This document shows positions 43,520-54,774 of a DNA stretch of 64,000 bases, in pieces. Source of the stretch: Naegleria gruberi. Lineage: Eukaryota. The notes beneath the pieces were generated by a model, which saw only the letters and a program-made list of their open reading frames with translations, was not told where the DNA came from and ran no database searches. Location of the stretch: NCBI GenBank assembly GCA_000004985.1, contig GG738876.1, one strand, 5' to 3'. Every line of letters begins with the position of its first letter. Positions within the stretch are counted from its first letter, which is position 1. Made by a program: the position numbers and the translations under genes.

Positions 43520-44617
43520 TTAAACTTGAGAAGTTCCGTAACGGTGTTCAGTAGTTTCAGCCAAGTGAGCTGCTGATGGAGAGGCACCAGTATTATCATT
43601 GTTTGTCACATCAAGCACAATAAAGTTATTTCTTACAATACCTCCTCCTCTTCTAATTTGTAAAATATATACAATAATTCTGAATGCATTTACGCAACAA
43701 TGCAAACCAATGACGGCTTCCTGAGCGAAAGCAACGTTATTCCAAAAGTAATTCTCCTCCTTCTCAATGAAACAATAAAGAAGCAATGAGAAAATTACAA
43801 TTGCTGATATGGAAACGAATAAATTGCACCAAACAATGAGTTTCTTGTAAAATTGTCTCTTATATAAAAATATGCTCAAAACACATTCATAACAAATTGC
43901 AAAAGTACAAAAACCTTCCAAAGCTAAAAACCAAATTTCTTCAATTTTTCCTCTCTTGTAAATTGACCATCCAAATAAAAAGGCAGCAAGTGCACTCATA
44001 AATAATAAATATAAAGAATACACAATTGAGTATCTCCATTTCACAATAATGTCTCTTATCGAAAAGTTCTTCAATCTTTGTTTTAGACTTTGTTTTCTTT
44101 CATATCGTTTTGTTACATCAACTGCTTGAACTTCATCCTCTCCGTCCTTATTGTAGAGTTTTGCAGATTCATCCTCATCCTCATCATCAATAATATCCTC
44201 ATCGCCACCAACATAATAAACATGAGGTGGATCTTGAGAAGTGACAAATTCATGATGTTCCTTCACGTGATGATGGTGATGAAGGTGTGGAGCATAATCC
44301 GGATCAACTTTCTAAAGTACCTGAATATATATTCAAAAAACTTTAAATCAACCTACATTAATAGTATCTAGTAATTTACTTTCATGTTGTTCCTTAACAT
44401 GATGATGACTCGATTCTTCACTAAAAGCTTCATTTATATCAGGAGCCGAACTTGATTGTAATAAATTATTCTGATGAATTGCAACAAATGGTGTTATTTT
44501 GTCTGTTGATTGAAGAAGAATGTCATCGGAGTAGTCTAGTGAATCTAACGGTTGTTCTTGTTGAGAGTTTGTAGTAGTGGTTGTTGACTTTTTGGTGGAC
44601 TTTTTACGTTTGGCCAT
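43520..44617 (-). CDS. Hypothetical 4-TM membrane protein with an acidic, His-rich N-terminal region. Two exons: 44617..44357 and 44311..43520.
   Basis: ATG at 44617 'MAKRKKSTKKS...'. Intron 44356..44312 (GTAGGT..CTTTAG, 45 nt, phase 0). 'KVDPDYAPHLHHHHHVKEHHEF...DEDIIDDEDEDES' is followed by four hydrophobic helices. The last helix region 'AFRIIVYILQIRRGGG' carries basic residues. Confidence 0.5.
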
Positions 44618-44830
44618 TTTTTTTCAATTTCTTCAAGTCCGGACAAAGTCCACTTGGGACGCCCCAAAAGAGTGTGTAAAAAGGGATCAAAAATGTTATT
44701 GGAAGGGTTATTGGAAAGTTCCAATTCTTCTTCATTCTCACAAATAAAACCTTAATGGCAATGATGTTGAGGAAGAAGAAGCAACAGGTTAAGGATTGTT
44801 TTTTTTTTGAAATTTTTACATTTTGTACAT

Positions 44831-46501
44831 TTATTTAGTTTGAATGACACCACTGGCAATCAACTTTTGAATCTTACCAAAAATGTCTGGGTTCTTCAAA
44901 TGCTTTTGAGCACTAGCTGGGTCAGTTTGGAAATCTCTCAATACAGTTTGCATGACTGGGTCTTGAAGAATGCCAGCAATTTCTGGATCCTTCATGGCAT
45001 TTTGAATTCTTTGTTCGTCTCTTTCACCAGAACCATGTTGAATAATATCCATGACGTGAGCAACTCCATTCTTGATTTCTTCATTGTTTGGATCAATCTT
45101 GCTGGCTTGATCATAGGTAGCAAGGGCCTTGTGATATTCCTTACAGGCAACATGGCATTGAGCCTTTCTAATGTATGCCTTGACAAAGTTTGGATCAATT
45201 TCAATAGCCTTTTCAGCGTCTTTCAAACCATAGGCAAATTCACCCAACTTGATATAACAGGCAGCTCTATTGCTGAAAATGGTGGCATCCTTTGGATTTC
45301 TCTTGGCAGCTTCATTGTATTCCTTCATGGCTTCTGGGAATCTTTTTTCCTTAAAGTGTTGATTACCAGCATTCTTATGTTGGGTGGCAATTTCCGGATT
45401 AATGTATGCTTCTTCTTCTAATTTCTTCATAATCTTTTCACATTCTTGCTTCTTCTTTATAACTTCTGGGTTTCTATGTTCAGTCAAAGATTCGGTATAA
45501 AAATGAAGAGCTTGAGTATAGTTTTGTTGTCTGAAATAAGCATTACCAATTCTGGCATATCCCTTAGCAATTTCGTTGAAATCGGCATGATTTGTCTTAC
45601 CAACTTGGATAGCTTCTTCAGCTTGTTTAATACAAGTTTCAAAATCACCTTGTTCCATATATACGGCAGCCTTATTTAAATAGAGAATCATATTTGTTGG
45701 ATCCAATGTAATAGCCTTGTCATAGTGGAACAAAGCCTTTTCGAAATCCTTCTTCTTATAATATTCGTTACCAAGATTCTTTTCAATCATGGCTGGCTGT
45801 TGATTAATTTCTTCGAGTTTCTTTTGTTCATCTTCCTTCTTTTTACGTTCCTCTTCCTTACGTCTTTGTCTTTCTTCTTCTTCCTTTCTGCCTCTATCAG
45901 CTCTTATCTTTTCTTCCATTTCAGGATTGACTTGCATCAAGAAAATAATTGTGGACATAATTCTAGGATCGGAAATGTGTTTTTGCAAATTTTCTGGACT
46001 TGCTTGAATTTCTTTCAATGCATCAACGTAATCCTTTTCTTGAAGATGTTTAGAAAGTTCAGGATGGTTTTCAATCTTTCCGAACATATTTGGATCATTG
46101 AATACTTTGAGGAATGGTAAAGCAGCGTCACTTGGTGCTTGTTGCATCAAGAGATTTTCAACTTCGGTCATCACACTCTTGATTTGTGCATTATTTGGTT
46201 CAACTCTTAATCCTTCTTGTAATGTATCCAAAGCTTCTTCATATCTTTTAAGAGCATATAAAGCTTGTCCTTTTCTCAGGAATCCTTTAGAGAATGCTGG
46301 TTGTTGTTCAACACACAAGGAAGCATCCTTCAAAGCTTGTTCAAATCTGCTCAACTTTAAATAAACAGCAGCTCTATTAGATAATAAAACGTGATGATTT
46401 GGATCAACTTGAAGACCCAAAGTATAGAGTTTGATGGCTTCTTCGTCCTTTCCTTCCTTCAAAGCTTGATTTCCTTGGTTTTTGTAGTCTTCAGCGCTCA
46501 T
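44831..46501 (-). CDS. STI1: Hsp70/Hsp90 organising protein Sti1/HOP (TPR1, DP1, TPR2A/B, DP2).
   Basis: The ATG at 46501 (MSAEDYKNQGNQALKEGKDEEAIKLY...) is in an A-run; the track ORF begins 10 codons upstream. Three TPR clusters are present. The charged linker is 'EEEERQRRKEEERKKKEDEQKK'. The C-terminal DP domain reads '...DPEIAGILQDPVMQTVLRDFQTDP...'. Confidence 0.85.
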   Translation of the reverse strand: MSAEDYKNQGNQALKEGKDEEAIKLYTLGLQVDPNHHVLLSNRAAVYLKLSRFEQALKDASLCVEQQPAFSKGFLRKGQALYALKRYEEALDTLQEGLRVEPNNAQIKSVMTEVENLLMQQAPSDAALPFLKVFNDPNMFGKIENHPELSKHLQEKDYVDALKEIQASPENLQKHISDPRIMSTIIFLMQVNPEMEEKIRADRGRKEEEERQRRKEEERKKKEDEQKKLEEINQQPAMIEKNLGNEYYKKKDFEKALFHYDKAITLDPTNMILYLNKAAVYMEQGDFETCIKQAEEAIQVGKTNHADFNEIAKGYARIGNAYFRQQNYTQALHFYTESLTEHRNPEVIKKKQECEKIMKKLEEEAYINPEIATQHKNAGNQHFKEKRFPEAMKEYNEAAKRNPKDATIFSNRAACYIKLGEFAYGLKDAEKAIEIDPNFVKAYIRKAQCHVACKEYHKALATYDQASKIDPNNEEIKNGVAHVMDIIQHGSGERDEQRIQNAMKDPEIAGILQDPVMQTVLRDFQTDPASAQKHLKNPDIFGKIQKLIASGVIQTK

Positions 46502-47051
46502 TGTTTTCCAATTTTTTTTTAATTTAATCAAATTCCGAAAGCTTTTGTTTATTTATTAGAGACGGAAGTTGATTCCTTTAGGCTGGTTCCGAAATATTTT
46601 GATCAAATAATAGATTGTTATTTTTATTAATTGAAATATTCAATTAATAATTAATTTTGTAAACATTAATTACTCTGTTAACGAACGAATTAAAGAAAAA
46701 TGTCAAAGGAAAGAGATGATCATATTGGCAATTAAACAACTCTTTTGATAATCTTCTTCCTGCATAATACAGTTAAAATTACAGAGTCTCAATTATAGTC
46801 GTGAAATGTAAAAGAGAACAGAGAGATGAAAATAACTGTTGACTACCATCACCCTCAATCATATTAATGAAGGCATTAAGCCGAACTGAAGCATTTTAAG
46901 ATCCTCCACCAATGCACAACAGTTTTATTAAAAAAACAAACTCACAATAACCCTTTTCGCAAATTTACAGTATTTCTTCTTCTTGCTTTATCAAAAAGAT
47001 TAAATTATAATTTAGAGAGGATTTTGGATTTTGTAAATCTTCACTCTGAAT

Positions 47052-48716
47052 ATGTATCCTCCAAATGAAAATGGGACAGAGTATTCGGGTCCTTTCTTAA
47101 CGATAAATGATAATGGCAGTAGTAACACTCTTCATCAATTAATAGAAAATAATAATTCAAAAAGGAAGGGATTAAATCAGTTGGATATATCATCATCAAC
47201 TCCTTCATCAAGAAAAGGCTCCATCCTCTCTGGAGGAAATAAATCATCACCCAGTTCTCCTCTCCTTACTGCCTCTCAACAACATCATCCAATGAGGAAT
47301 TCCATTCTTGAGGATACCGAAATTAAGAAGGTAATAACACTCTCTCTTCAACTGACAGAGGAAGTAAAGAGACAAAAAAACCGAGTCTCCGAAAAGGAAT
47401 TGGAAAATCAAGCCCTTGAGAGAGAAAATCAATTTCTTCATGATGAAATGGCAAATATTAAGGAACAAGTATCAGCCTTAAAGGCAAAGAAAAATCAATA
47501 CAAGTACGAAAGAGATACTTTAAAATTGGAATTGAACAATTCGAGAGAAAAATTATTACACATCACTAAGGAAAAGGATCTACAAAAGGAAGAGAGTGAG
47601 CCATCGGAATCAATTGGAGATAAGGAGAGTAGTAATAGAATTGCATTATTGAAGAAGGCGGAATCTTCTAAAAAATTAATTTTAGACAATGGTTGGATGG
47701 CCTCAGCAGAACTTAGAAATAAGTATCAAACTGTATGTGACAACCTAGATGAAATGACAGAAAAAATAGAAAAGAGTGATCAACAAATGAAAGAGTTGAC
47801 AGAACAAAACAAACTACTCGAGCTCAAGCTTGCGAATGCAAGAGAAAATGAAAATGCTCTCCTCAATCACGTGGAATATACAGAACAGCTCTATTACGAG
47901 GCTAGAGAAAATGTAGAAAATCTCACCGATACTGTAAACAAAATGAAACGAGAATATGATAGAGTTGTTCATGGAATTGGTTGGAGAGCTCCAATGGAAA
48001 TTAGTGATGATAGTATCTCATCGAGCAATGATTCTACACCAAGAGAATATCTAGATTTGGAACCGGCAGATGAGCTTCTTCAAGTAGCGGACGGAGATGA
48101 AACATCACAACTTAGAATTGAGAATGCCAAGCTAAGGCATGATTTGGAGGAACTTCAACGAATTCTTGACCAAACTCGAGAGGATTTACAAATACTAAGA
48201 ATTCAAAGTATGGAATCTCCACGAACACCTAGGGTTGGTACTCCAAGAAACACTGAAAAATTGGTGCCTCAACAACCTTCTCCTGTTTCCAATACATCGA
48301 GTGCTGATGTTATAGATAGTAAGATATTTGAGGAGTGGAATAAGCTTTTATCGGATAAATTTGAACATAATTTAGAAATCTTAAAGGAACAAGTGGTTGG
48401 ATACGAGAGAAAATCCTTTAATAATAATTTGAAAAATAAGCAACAATCACAGAGTTTCTTAGAAGATTACTTTAGACTAATGTTACTCTCTGTAAAGATT
48501 TTACTTTCTAAAGAGCCTAGGTATCAGAACACTGTATGGTATAAGATATGGTGTGATGTCAATTCCGAAGAAATTTATTCAGCAATCCTTAATAACCAGG
48601 TTCCTATTGAGGAATGGTGGCTATTCCTATATACTACCATTCAGACACGTCTCGAATATGCCAAACTAGAGTATGAAGATGAAGAATCAGGAGCATTAGC
48701 CTTTGATCTTTCGTAA
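47052..48716 (+). CDS. Hypothetical coiled-coil protein.
   Basis: Continuous 554 aa. The N-terminus is Ser/Asn-rich. Long heptad-like E/K/L/Q-rich stretches follow. No enzymatic motif is recognised. Confidence 0.45.
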   Translation: MYPPNENGTEYSGPFLTINDNGSSNTLHQLIENNNSKRKGLNQLDISSSTPSSRKGSILSGGNKSSPSSPLLTASQQHHPMRNSILEDTEIKKVITLSLQLTEEVKRQKNRVSEKELENQALERENQFLHDEMANIKEQVSALKAKKNQYKYERDTLKLELNNSREKLLHITKEKDLQKEESEPSESIGDKESSNRIALLKKAESSKKLILDNGWMASAELRNKYQTVCDNLDEMTEKIEKSDQQMKELTEQNKLLELKLANARENENALLNHVEYTEQLYYEARENVENLTDTVNKMKREYDRVVHGIGWRAPMEISDDSISSSNDSTPREYLDLEPADELLQVADGDETSQLRIENAKLRHDLEELQRILDQTREDLQILRIQSMESPRTPRVGTPRNTEKLVPQQPSPVSNTSSADVIDSKIFEEWNKLLSDKFEHNLEILKEQVVGYERKSFNNNLKNKQQSQSFLEDYFRLMLLSVKILLSKEPRYQNTVWYKIWCDVNSEEIYSAILNNQVPIEEWWLFLYTTIQTRLEYAKLEYEDEESGALAFDLS

Positions 48717-48736
48717 TCTATTCGTATTCTAACAGC

Positions 48737-49291
48737 CTACTTATTTCTATTTATTTCGTCCATTGTATATATAGCCTCAATAATTACATTCGCAATAGCT
48801 AAGTCTCCCTCATGTGACAATGATAAATGTGTCACATAATCATTTGCATGTTTCTCTTCTAATGCAATTTTAATAATTTTGTTAATTTCACTCCCTTCCA
48901 ACTTTAATAAAGGTGGATACAGTTTTGTGATACTATTATTCAAAATTTGTAAATTAGCTTGATGATTTTTGTAGACAAACATTTGTTTACTTCCAATTCC
49001 ACTAACTCCTAGCGCTTTAATTGTTGCTTCCTTTGCAGCCCATCTAGAGGCATAATATTGAGATATCCGTAATTGTTGTTTTTTCAAAAGTTCCAAATCT
49101 GATGTGGTATTATTATTCACTATTGAACATGTTGCAAAAGCCTCTGAAAAAACGAGAGGACATTGTTGAATTTCGGAAGGATGAAATATTCTCTTTACAA
49201 ATTTTTCTCCGTGCTTGGCAAGCAATTGATGCATTCTACTTATTGAAGCCATATCAACTCCGATCCCAATAATTCTACCAAAGCTTGTCAT
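48737..49291 (-). CDS. 4'-phosphopantetheinyl transferase, AcpS type (holo-ACP synthase; Ppt2-like).
   Basis: 'IGIGVDMASISRM...RIFHPSEIQQC...YYASRWAAKEATIKALG' are the AcpS motifs. 184 aa, single exon. Confidence 0.75.
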   Translation of the reverse strand: MTSFGRIIGIGVDMASISRMHQLLAKHGEKFVKRIFHPSEIQQCPLVFSEAFATCSIVNNNTTSDLELLKKQQLRISQYYASRWAAKEATIKALGVSGIGSKQMFVYKNHQANLQILNNSITKLYPPLLKLEGSEINKIIKIALEEKHANDYVTHLSLSHEGDLAIANVIIEAIYTMDEINRNK

Positions 49292-49705
49292 TGATCCAAT
49301 AAATTAAATCTAATTTTATGAAATTTAACTTTCAAAATATTAAAAAGTATTATTAATAATTGATGATAATGGCCGAATCAGATTCCACTTGGAGTTGCTG
49401 ATAATGATTGGTCTGTAATTTACAGCTTTTTTTTTAGATTTTCCGCTCCAACAATGGACGACATGTTCTTCAGCGTCACCATTTAATTGAATTTGTGAAA
49501 AAAAGAAAAAATATTTTTTGAACACGCTGTTGTTTGTTGTGCGAGGTTTTTCAAAACAAGTCGAAGGCTAATTGTTGATATTTGAAGTTGAAATATTTTA
49601 CATTCTTCTTCTAAAATTATTGAATATACAACGGTATATTTGCAAATCTGAGAGTTTCTCTCATCATCACAATAATTAAAATTTCAAAGCCTTTCTTCTA
49701 TTATT

Positions 49706-52700
49706 ATGAACATTAGTAACAATTCTATTCCCAATTCATCATCTAATAATATTAATATTATGAATAACAATACGATTATTACCGATACTAGTAATTCTAA
49801 TAGTAGCAACAATGGTATCAATAATTTCACTATGGAAACTTCTATGAACCAACAAGGTAGTACTACGATGGTGGGTATTGTTGATAATTCATTCTATTCC
49901 AAACCTTCTCCTTCCTCTTCCACTACCACCACCAGAGAATCTACTTCAGCTAACAATATACATCCCTCTAGTTTTATTCATCACCAACAACAACAAGGAT
50001 TCGCTCAACAACATAATTCTCAGAATAATAATAGTAGAATGGAATCAATATCATCATCAAATGCATTCTCTACTTATAACCAACAATCTTCACATCACAA
50101 TGTTCTTCCATCACTTCCTTCACTATCTCAAATGACAACCAGCTCCCCTAACCAAATTTATCCACAGAATACTAATAATAGTAATTTGGGAAATTCTGCT
50201 GTCTATCCAAATAATAATCCTTACTTGCTGGGAAATAGTATGGCTAACAATAATACAATGATGAGCCCATCGATGGTATCAAATGATAGTAACAATCGAG
50301 AACATCTTCCACCACCTCCACCTTCTGATTTTTCATACTCATCTAAGCAACAACCAATGTTTAATCAAAATCCTCCTACTAATAATGGTAATATCCAAAT
50401 GATGCATTCACAAATGAATCAACAACATGTGCGTCTTTCAAACATGCCCCAGAATTACAATCAACAACAACGTGCCCAAAATGAAGACAATTTACCATCT
50501 CTACAACAGTTTGGATTGTTATTTTCTCAATCCTTGAACATTTATCCAAGTAGTTCAAACGCTCAATTCCAACAAAATTCTAAACCTCCAACTACTGAAA
50601 AACCAATACATCAAGTATATAATGATAACAGACAACCAAAAGTTGCAATGAGTTTGAATACTAACAAGGCTAAACCTCTGAGTGTGGCCCCACAAAATAA
50701 TCAACAAGTTCATACCAGCTCTATTTTGAATCAACTGCATCAATCTCAAGACCAAAATAATTCTATGAAGAATAGATCATCTAAACTCATTTCACCACAA
50801 TCCTACATGGGTCCATATCCAAATAATCCTCCAACTTCCTTTGTGAACCAACCTAAATACTCGAATCAACGACCTGTTGTTCTTCCACAAGAAGAATCAA
50901 GAAATATCTCACCAACTGAAAAGTCTAGTATGATAGTACTTCCGTCAAACATGGTTGTCTGTGAAGGACTATTAAAATTAATTTCTCACAGAATAATGGA
51001 AACTATGCTTGCCTTTGATGAAAAAACTATGAAGAACGAAGAAACAAAATTAAGATTGCAAGATGAATGGAATAAGCTTGTAAATGAGTATTTCATCAAT
51101 GGAAGAAGACTTGAGGGAATGACACAAGTATTGCATACCTTGTTTGGAATGTTAACTTCAGAACCAGATATTGAAATTATCAAGGAAGGTATTTCTCCAA
51201 ATTTCAACAAGAAGGGAGATCATATGTTATCTATCAAATTTAGAGCAAACTTGAGAATAGTAAGACTTAAGATTTGTATATTTTTCCTTTTATTCAAATT
51301 AAGTGTTGGTACTTGTTTCCAACCAGAAAATGGAATGGAAGAATTTTTAGAAACAAATTCTTTGGTAGTTGACGAAAAATTGTTTTCAGCCATGACTTGG
51401 GAGCAATTTATCCTTGAAATGGACGCTATTGAAAGTAAATTAAGATTTAAGATTGATATGATTACTCACGAGGATAATGAAAACTCCATGGAGGATGCCT
51501 ACCCTTATCAACTCAATGTAAAAAATAATACTATGAATTCATTGGTATTGGAATCAGTCTCAGAAGAAAAGCTTCAGGCTTCTTTCAATCAGTTATTAAT
51601 TGATAGGTCCAACATTGAGAGATTCAAACAAAGTAGCTCACGATCTAATACTTTTAGACTTAGATTATCTATACAAATGTCAAATTATCTTACCATAACC
51701 AAGTTCAGTAATAATGTTTTGAGTATTGATAATAATTATGGGCTTATAGAATCTAGAAGCATTTCTACAATGTTTCCACTCCATATTGAAAGAGCCGAAA
51801 GAAAGAACAAGGTTGTTGTACTTGAGTTTAACCGTGATTTCTTTGTTACTCCAACAAGAGACAAATCAGATATTGATTTTATTGTCGAATTGACAAAGGG
51901 AGATGAAAGAAAAAGAGTATCAATCAAGAATATTTATATTGACAAGATAATCGTTGAATACATAAGTGGAGCACAGTATGTCACTGTCACCAGAGGGCAA
52001 GATGTCTTGTGTGAAAATTTAGAAATAGTTACAGTCAGAATTCATAATAACCTGAAAAAGCTTACTATTGGAACACCAAAGTCTATTGAAAGTGATTCTC
52101 CTTTTTCCTCAAATTCAACTACTCCTTCACCTCTATGTGAAGAATCACCTTCAAGAAGTACCAAGAGAGCACTATCAAATGAAGACGAAAGCTCAAATGC
52201 AGCATCTAGCACAACAAGTCCAACTGGACCAAAGAGGGTCAAGAGTAACCACTCCCAAAATATGGGCTTGGCTAATATTCAACAATATGTAAAGGGGCTA
52301 CGTGATAAGTGTGGATTTTCCTTGTTGCATATTGCTGCAATGAATGGATTCGATTTAGCAATAGAATTCTTCAATGAAACAATATCAATGCCTATCGATA
52401 TGACAGATAACTACCAATATTCACCATATCATTGGTCTTGTTTTTCAGGAAGAGTTTCAACATCAAAATTACTCATCTCAAAAGGAGCCAGTACCACCAG
52501 AAGAAACGTTCACTCAGCCACAGGTATTCAAATAGCAGAAGCTAAAAAACACAAAACCCTTATTACTGAATTAGAACAGGAATTGGCTCAACATGCTTGT
52601 TCAGTTCTATCTGATTTATACTCCAACTTGTCAGAATCAGATATTCCATTTACATCTCAAAATCGTTCTTCAGGCTTTGACCACTTACCTCATAATTTGA

Positions 52701-53788
52701 AAATTCCTCAACACAAAGCCACTAAAAGCTTTCCCAATTCCTCACCAAGACAACAAGGAAGTTCATCAGGTGAAAGTAACTCACCCAGACCAAAATTAAT
52801 CCCAGCAAAGAAGAAGAAGGATAAATCAAGCCCAACAAGCTCACCATTTGGGAGTTCAAAAAAAAGTGTAAAGAGTAATGAAGCATCTCCTGTTATAACA
52901 AGCTCACCAACAGTAGTAGCTAATTCCCTCTCTCAGAAGATGGAGCTCTTTATCAAACCAAGCAGAAAAAAGAGAACGTACATTTCCTTCTTCCCAAAGG
53001 AACTTTGCTCCAGCCCATACAAGTATGACATTTTGTTGAGAATTCCTTTGAATTTTACCAATCAATTCAATGAAAGTCATTTCACTTTCCACTTGATGAT
53101 TCAAGGTTCAGATAGACAATGGATGGCCGTGCCTGAACAGGCTGTTGAAATTGTAAAGTATTTGAGAACCATGTTCCCACTTAATTTTAGAGAAATTGAA
53201 TGGAGACTCATGTATAAGGTTTGCTCATTCCACTATGGAAGAAAACCTTTTAAACTCAGAGTTATTTACAATACCAATCTCAATCCAGAAAGTGCTGTTC
53301 CAGTTCCTGAGAACTTTGCTACAAATAGTGAAGGAAAGGCAACCCTTTCAGATAATTCTATAGTTTATGAATCTGAAGAATTTTATATTGTTGCTAGAAA
53401 GAAGAAGGAAAATGATTATTTCCATAATGATCTTTCTAATGGTGATGATATTTCATCTGTTACAGACCAATCTCCACTCACTCTTGACCAATCTCTTAAT
53501 GGTGATGGTCTTTCACCAACATCTCCAGATTCTCCTGATTGTGGACCTAATAGTGTTTTCCCACGTAGTTCATCTCCACCACAACCTTATTCCTACATTC
53601 CTCCAAATGACAACTTTTCACAATTCCCATCCTCCTTGGTAGGTCAAAATTCAGGCAATCAAATGCCACTTCCTCCCCAAAACCTAATTAATCCAATGAG
53701 TCATAATATGATTCCTCAAACAATTTTGTCTCACCAACAAACTCCTCAACCACCTCGACCAGTTACACAAAGTTTTAATAAACAATAA
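49706..53788 (+). CDS. Large low-complexity (N/S/Q/P-rich) protein with ankyrin repeats.
   Basis: Continuous 1360-aa ORF. 'GFSLLHIAAMNGFDLAIEFF...YSPYHWSCFSGRVSTSKLLISKGAS' are ankyrin repeats. Long poly-N/Q/S tracts occur throughout. A candidate 44-nt intron at ~51265 would break the frame and was not used. Confidence 0.55.
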   Translation: MNISNNSIPNSSSNNINIMNNNTIITDTSNSNSSNNGINNFTMETSMNQQGSTTMVGIVDNSFYSKPSPSSSTTTTRESTSANNIHPSSFIHHQQQQGFAQQHNSQNNNSRMESISSSNAFSTYNQQSSHHNVLPSLPSLSQMTTSSPNQIYPQNTNNSNLGNSAVYPNNNPYLLGNSMANNNTMMSPSMVSNDSNNREHLPPPPPSDFSYSSKQQPMFNQNPPTNNGNIQMMHSQMNQQHVRLSNMPQNYNQQQRAQNEDNLPSLQQFGLLFSQSLNIYPSSSNAQFQQNSKPPTTEKPIHQVYNDNRQPKVAMSLNTNKAKPLSVAPQNNQQVHTSSILNQLHQSQDQNNSMKNRSSKLISPQSYMGPYPNNPPTSFVNQPKYSNQRPVVLPQEESRNISPTEKSSMIVLPSNMVVCEGLLKLISHRIMETMLAFDEKTMKNEETKLRLQDEWNKLVNEYFINGRRLEGMTQVLHTLFGMLTSEPDIEIIKEGISPNFNKKGDHMLSIKFRANLRIVRLKICIFFLLFKLSVGTCFQPENGMEEFLETNSLVVDEKLFSAMTWEQFILEMDAIESKLRFKIDMITHEDNENSMEDAYPYQLNVKNNTMNSLVLESVSEEKLQASFNQLLIDRSNIERFKQSSSRSNTFRLRLSIQMSNYLTITKFSNNVLSIDNNYGLIESRSISTMFPLHIERAERKNKVVVLEFNRDFFVTPTRDKSDIDFIVELTKGDERKRVSIKNIYIDKIIVEYISGAQYVTVTRGQDVLCENLEIVTVRIHNNLKKLTIGTPKSIESDSPFSSNSTTPSPLCEESPSRSTKRALSNEDESSNAASSTTSPTGPKRVKSNHSQNMGLANIQQYVKGLRDKCGFSLLHIAAMNGFDLAIEFFNETISMPIDMTDNYQYSPYHWSCFSGRVSTSKLLISKGASTTRRNVHSATGIQIAEAKKHKTLITELEQELAQHACSVLSDLYSNLSESDIPFTSQNRSSGFDHLPHNLKIPQHKATKSFPNSSPRQQGSSSGESNSPRPKLIPAKKKKDKSSPTSSPFGSSKKSVKSNEASPVITSSPTVVANSLSQKMELFIKPSRKKRTYISFFPKELCSSPYKYDILLRIPLNFTNQFNESHFTFHLMIQGSDRQWMAVPEQAVEIVKYLRTMFPLNFREIEWRLMYKVCSFHYGRKPFKLRVIYNTNLNPESAVPVPENFATNSEGKATLSDNSIVYESEEFYIVARKKKENDYFHNDLSNGDDISSVTDQSPLTLDQSLNGDGLSPTSPDSPDCGPNSVFPRSSSPPQPYSYIPPNDNFSQFPSSLVGQNSGNQMPLPPQNLINPMSHNMIPQTILSHQQTPQPPRPVTQSFNKQ

Positions 53789-53841
53789 AAAACAACGCCA
53801 CATTTTCCCGCCAAAATTGAATTCAAAACCACTACAAAAAA

Positions 53842-54507
53842 ATGACTGAACAAGCAACAAAACAAACCCGTTTCAATGAGGTTGAAGAACATTTTGAGGA
53901 TGGAGATGAGAATGAAGAGGGATTGAAGGAAGGTGATTTGGAACACTTGGATAAATTCAGTGATCAAGTATCTTTCATGACAGGGTCAACAGGAAAATCC
54001 TCTTTCAATATGAACAAGTTTTTCATCAGCCCGATTGAACAGAGAGAATTGAGCATGGCTCGGGCTAAAATTCAAAGGTTTGATGAGAGAATTGGTACTG
54101 AATATCAAAAGATTCAAGACCTTAAAAATCAAATTGTTCAAATAACTCAACAAATAGCAGAGAGCCAAGCTCATACTGCTTATCTTCAACTTGATGAGGA
54201 GGCCCTCAAACTTGAATTCATTCAAGCCAAACTAATTTATGAAATGGAATGTAGAAAAAAGCAAATGCAAGAAAGAGAAATGAAGAATTTGAGAAAAGTG
54301 AGAGAGGCTAAGGAAAATGAATTCTTAAGGAAAGGTTGGCGATTACAAAAAGCAGAAGCAATCAGAAGAAAACAAGAAACCAAAACTACTGACATTGTTT
54401 CTCAAGTGTCACGAATCCAAAGTACAGTCGAAGAACTCACGGAAGATGTACATCACTATAAGGCTTTAGATAAGAAACTCAAATCTTCTATTCAAAACAA
54501 CTTTTAA
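53842..54507 (+). CDS. Hypothetical coiled-coil protein with an acidic N-terminus.
   Basis: ATG in an A-run, 53 bp after the upstream stop. 221 aa. Heptad-like 'KIQDLKNQIVQITQQIAESQAH...' is present. Confidence 0.45.
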   Translation: MTEQATKQTRFNEVEEHFEDGDENEEGLKEGDLEHLDKFSDQVSFMTGSTGKSSFNMNKFFISPIEQRELSMARAKIQRFDERIGTEYQKIQDLKNQIVQITQQIAESQAHTAYLQLDEEALKLEFIQAKLIYEMECRKKQMQEREMKNLRKVREAKENEFLRKGWRLQKAEAIRRKQETKTTDIVSQVSRIQSTVEELTEDVHHYKALDKKLKSSIQNNF

Positions 54508-54774
54508 ATGTGTCACAGGTTCACAAAATAGAAGAGTATTTGAAATATGTTGACAAGATAAGATTATTGAAGCTCGGAGAATGGCACAAAGGGTTGATTG
54601 ATCCCTTTACTGTAACAACAAACTAAAGTTCCTAATAAGTGAGATTGAAAAACTACAGTAATTTCAAGAGAGAAAAACAAAAGATTTTTCAAAATAAAAT
54701 ACAACGACTTTGTCCACCGGTAAATTGAATATTAAGGTCGGATCGTAATTTCTATCAACATCAGCAACAACACC

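Noticed and set aside
51265-51310. Candidate intron (GTAAGA...TTAAG, 44 nt) inside the 1360-aa ankyrin low-complexity gene.
   Set aside because: Its length is not a multiple of three, and removing it leads to a stop within 25 codons. The uninterrupted ORF is the better model.
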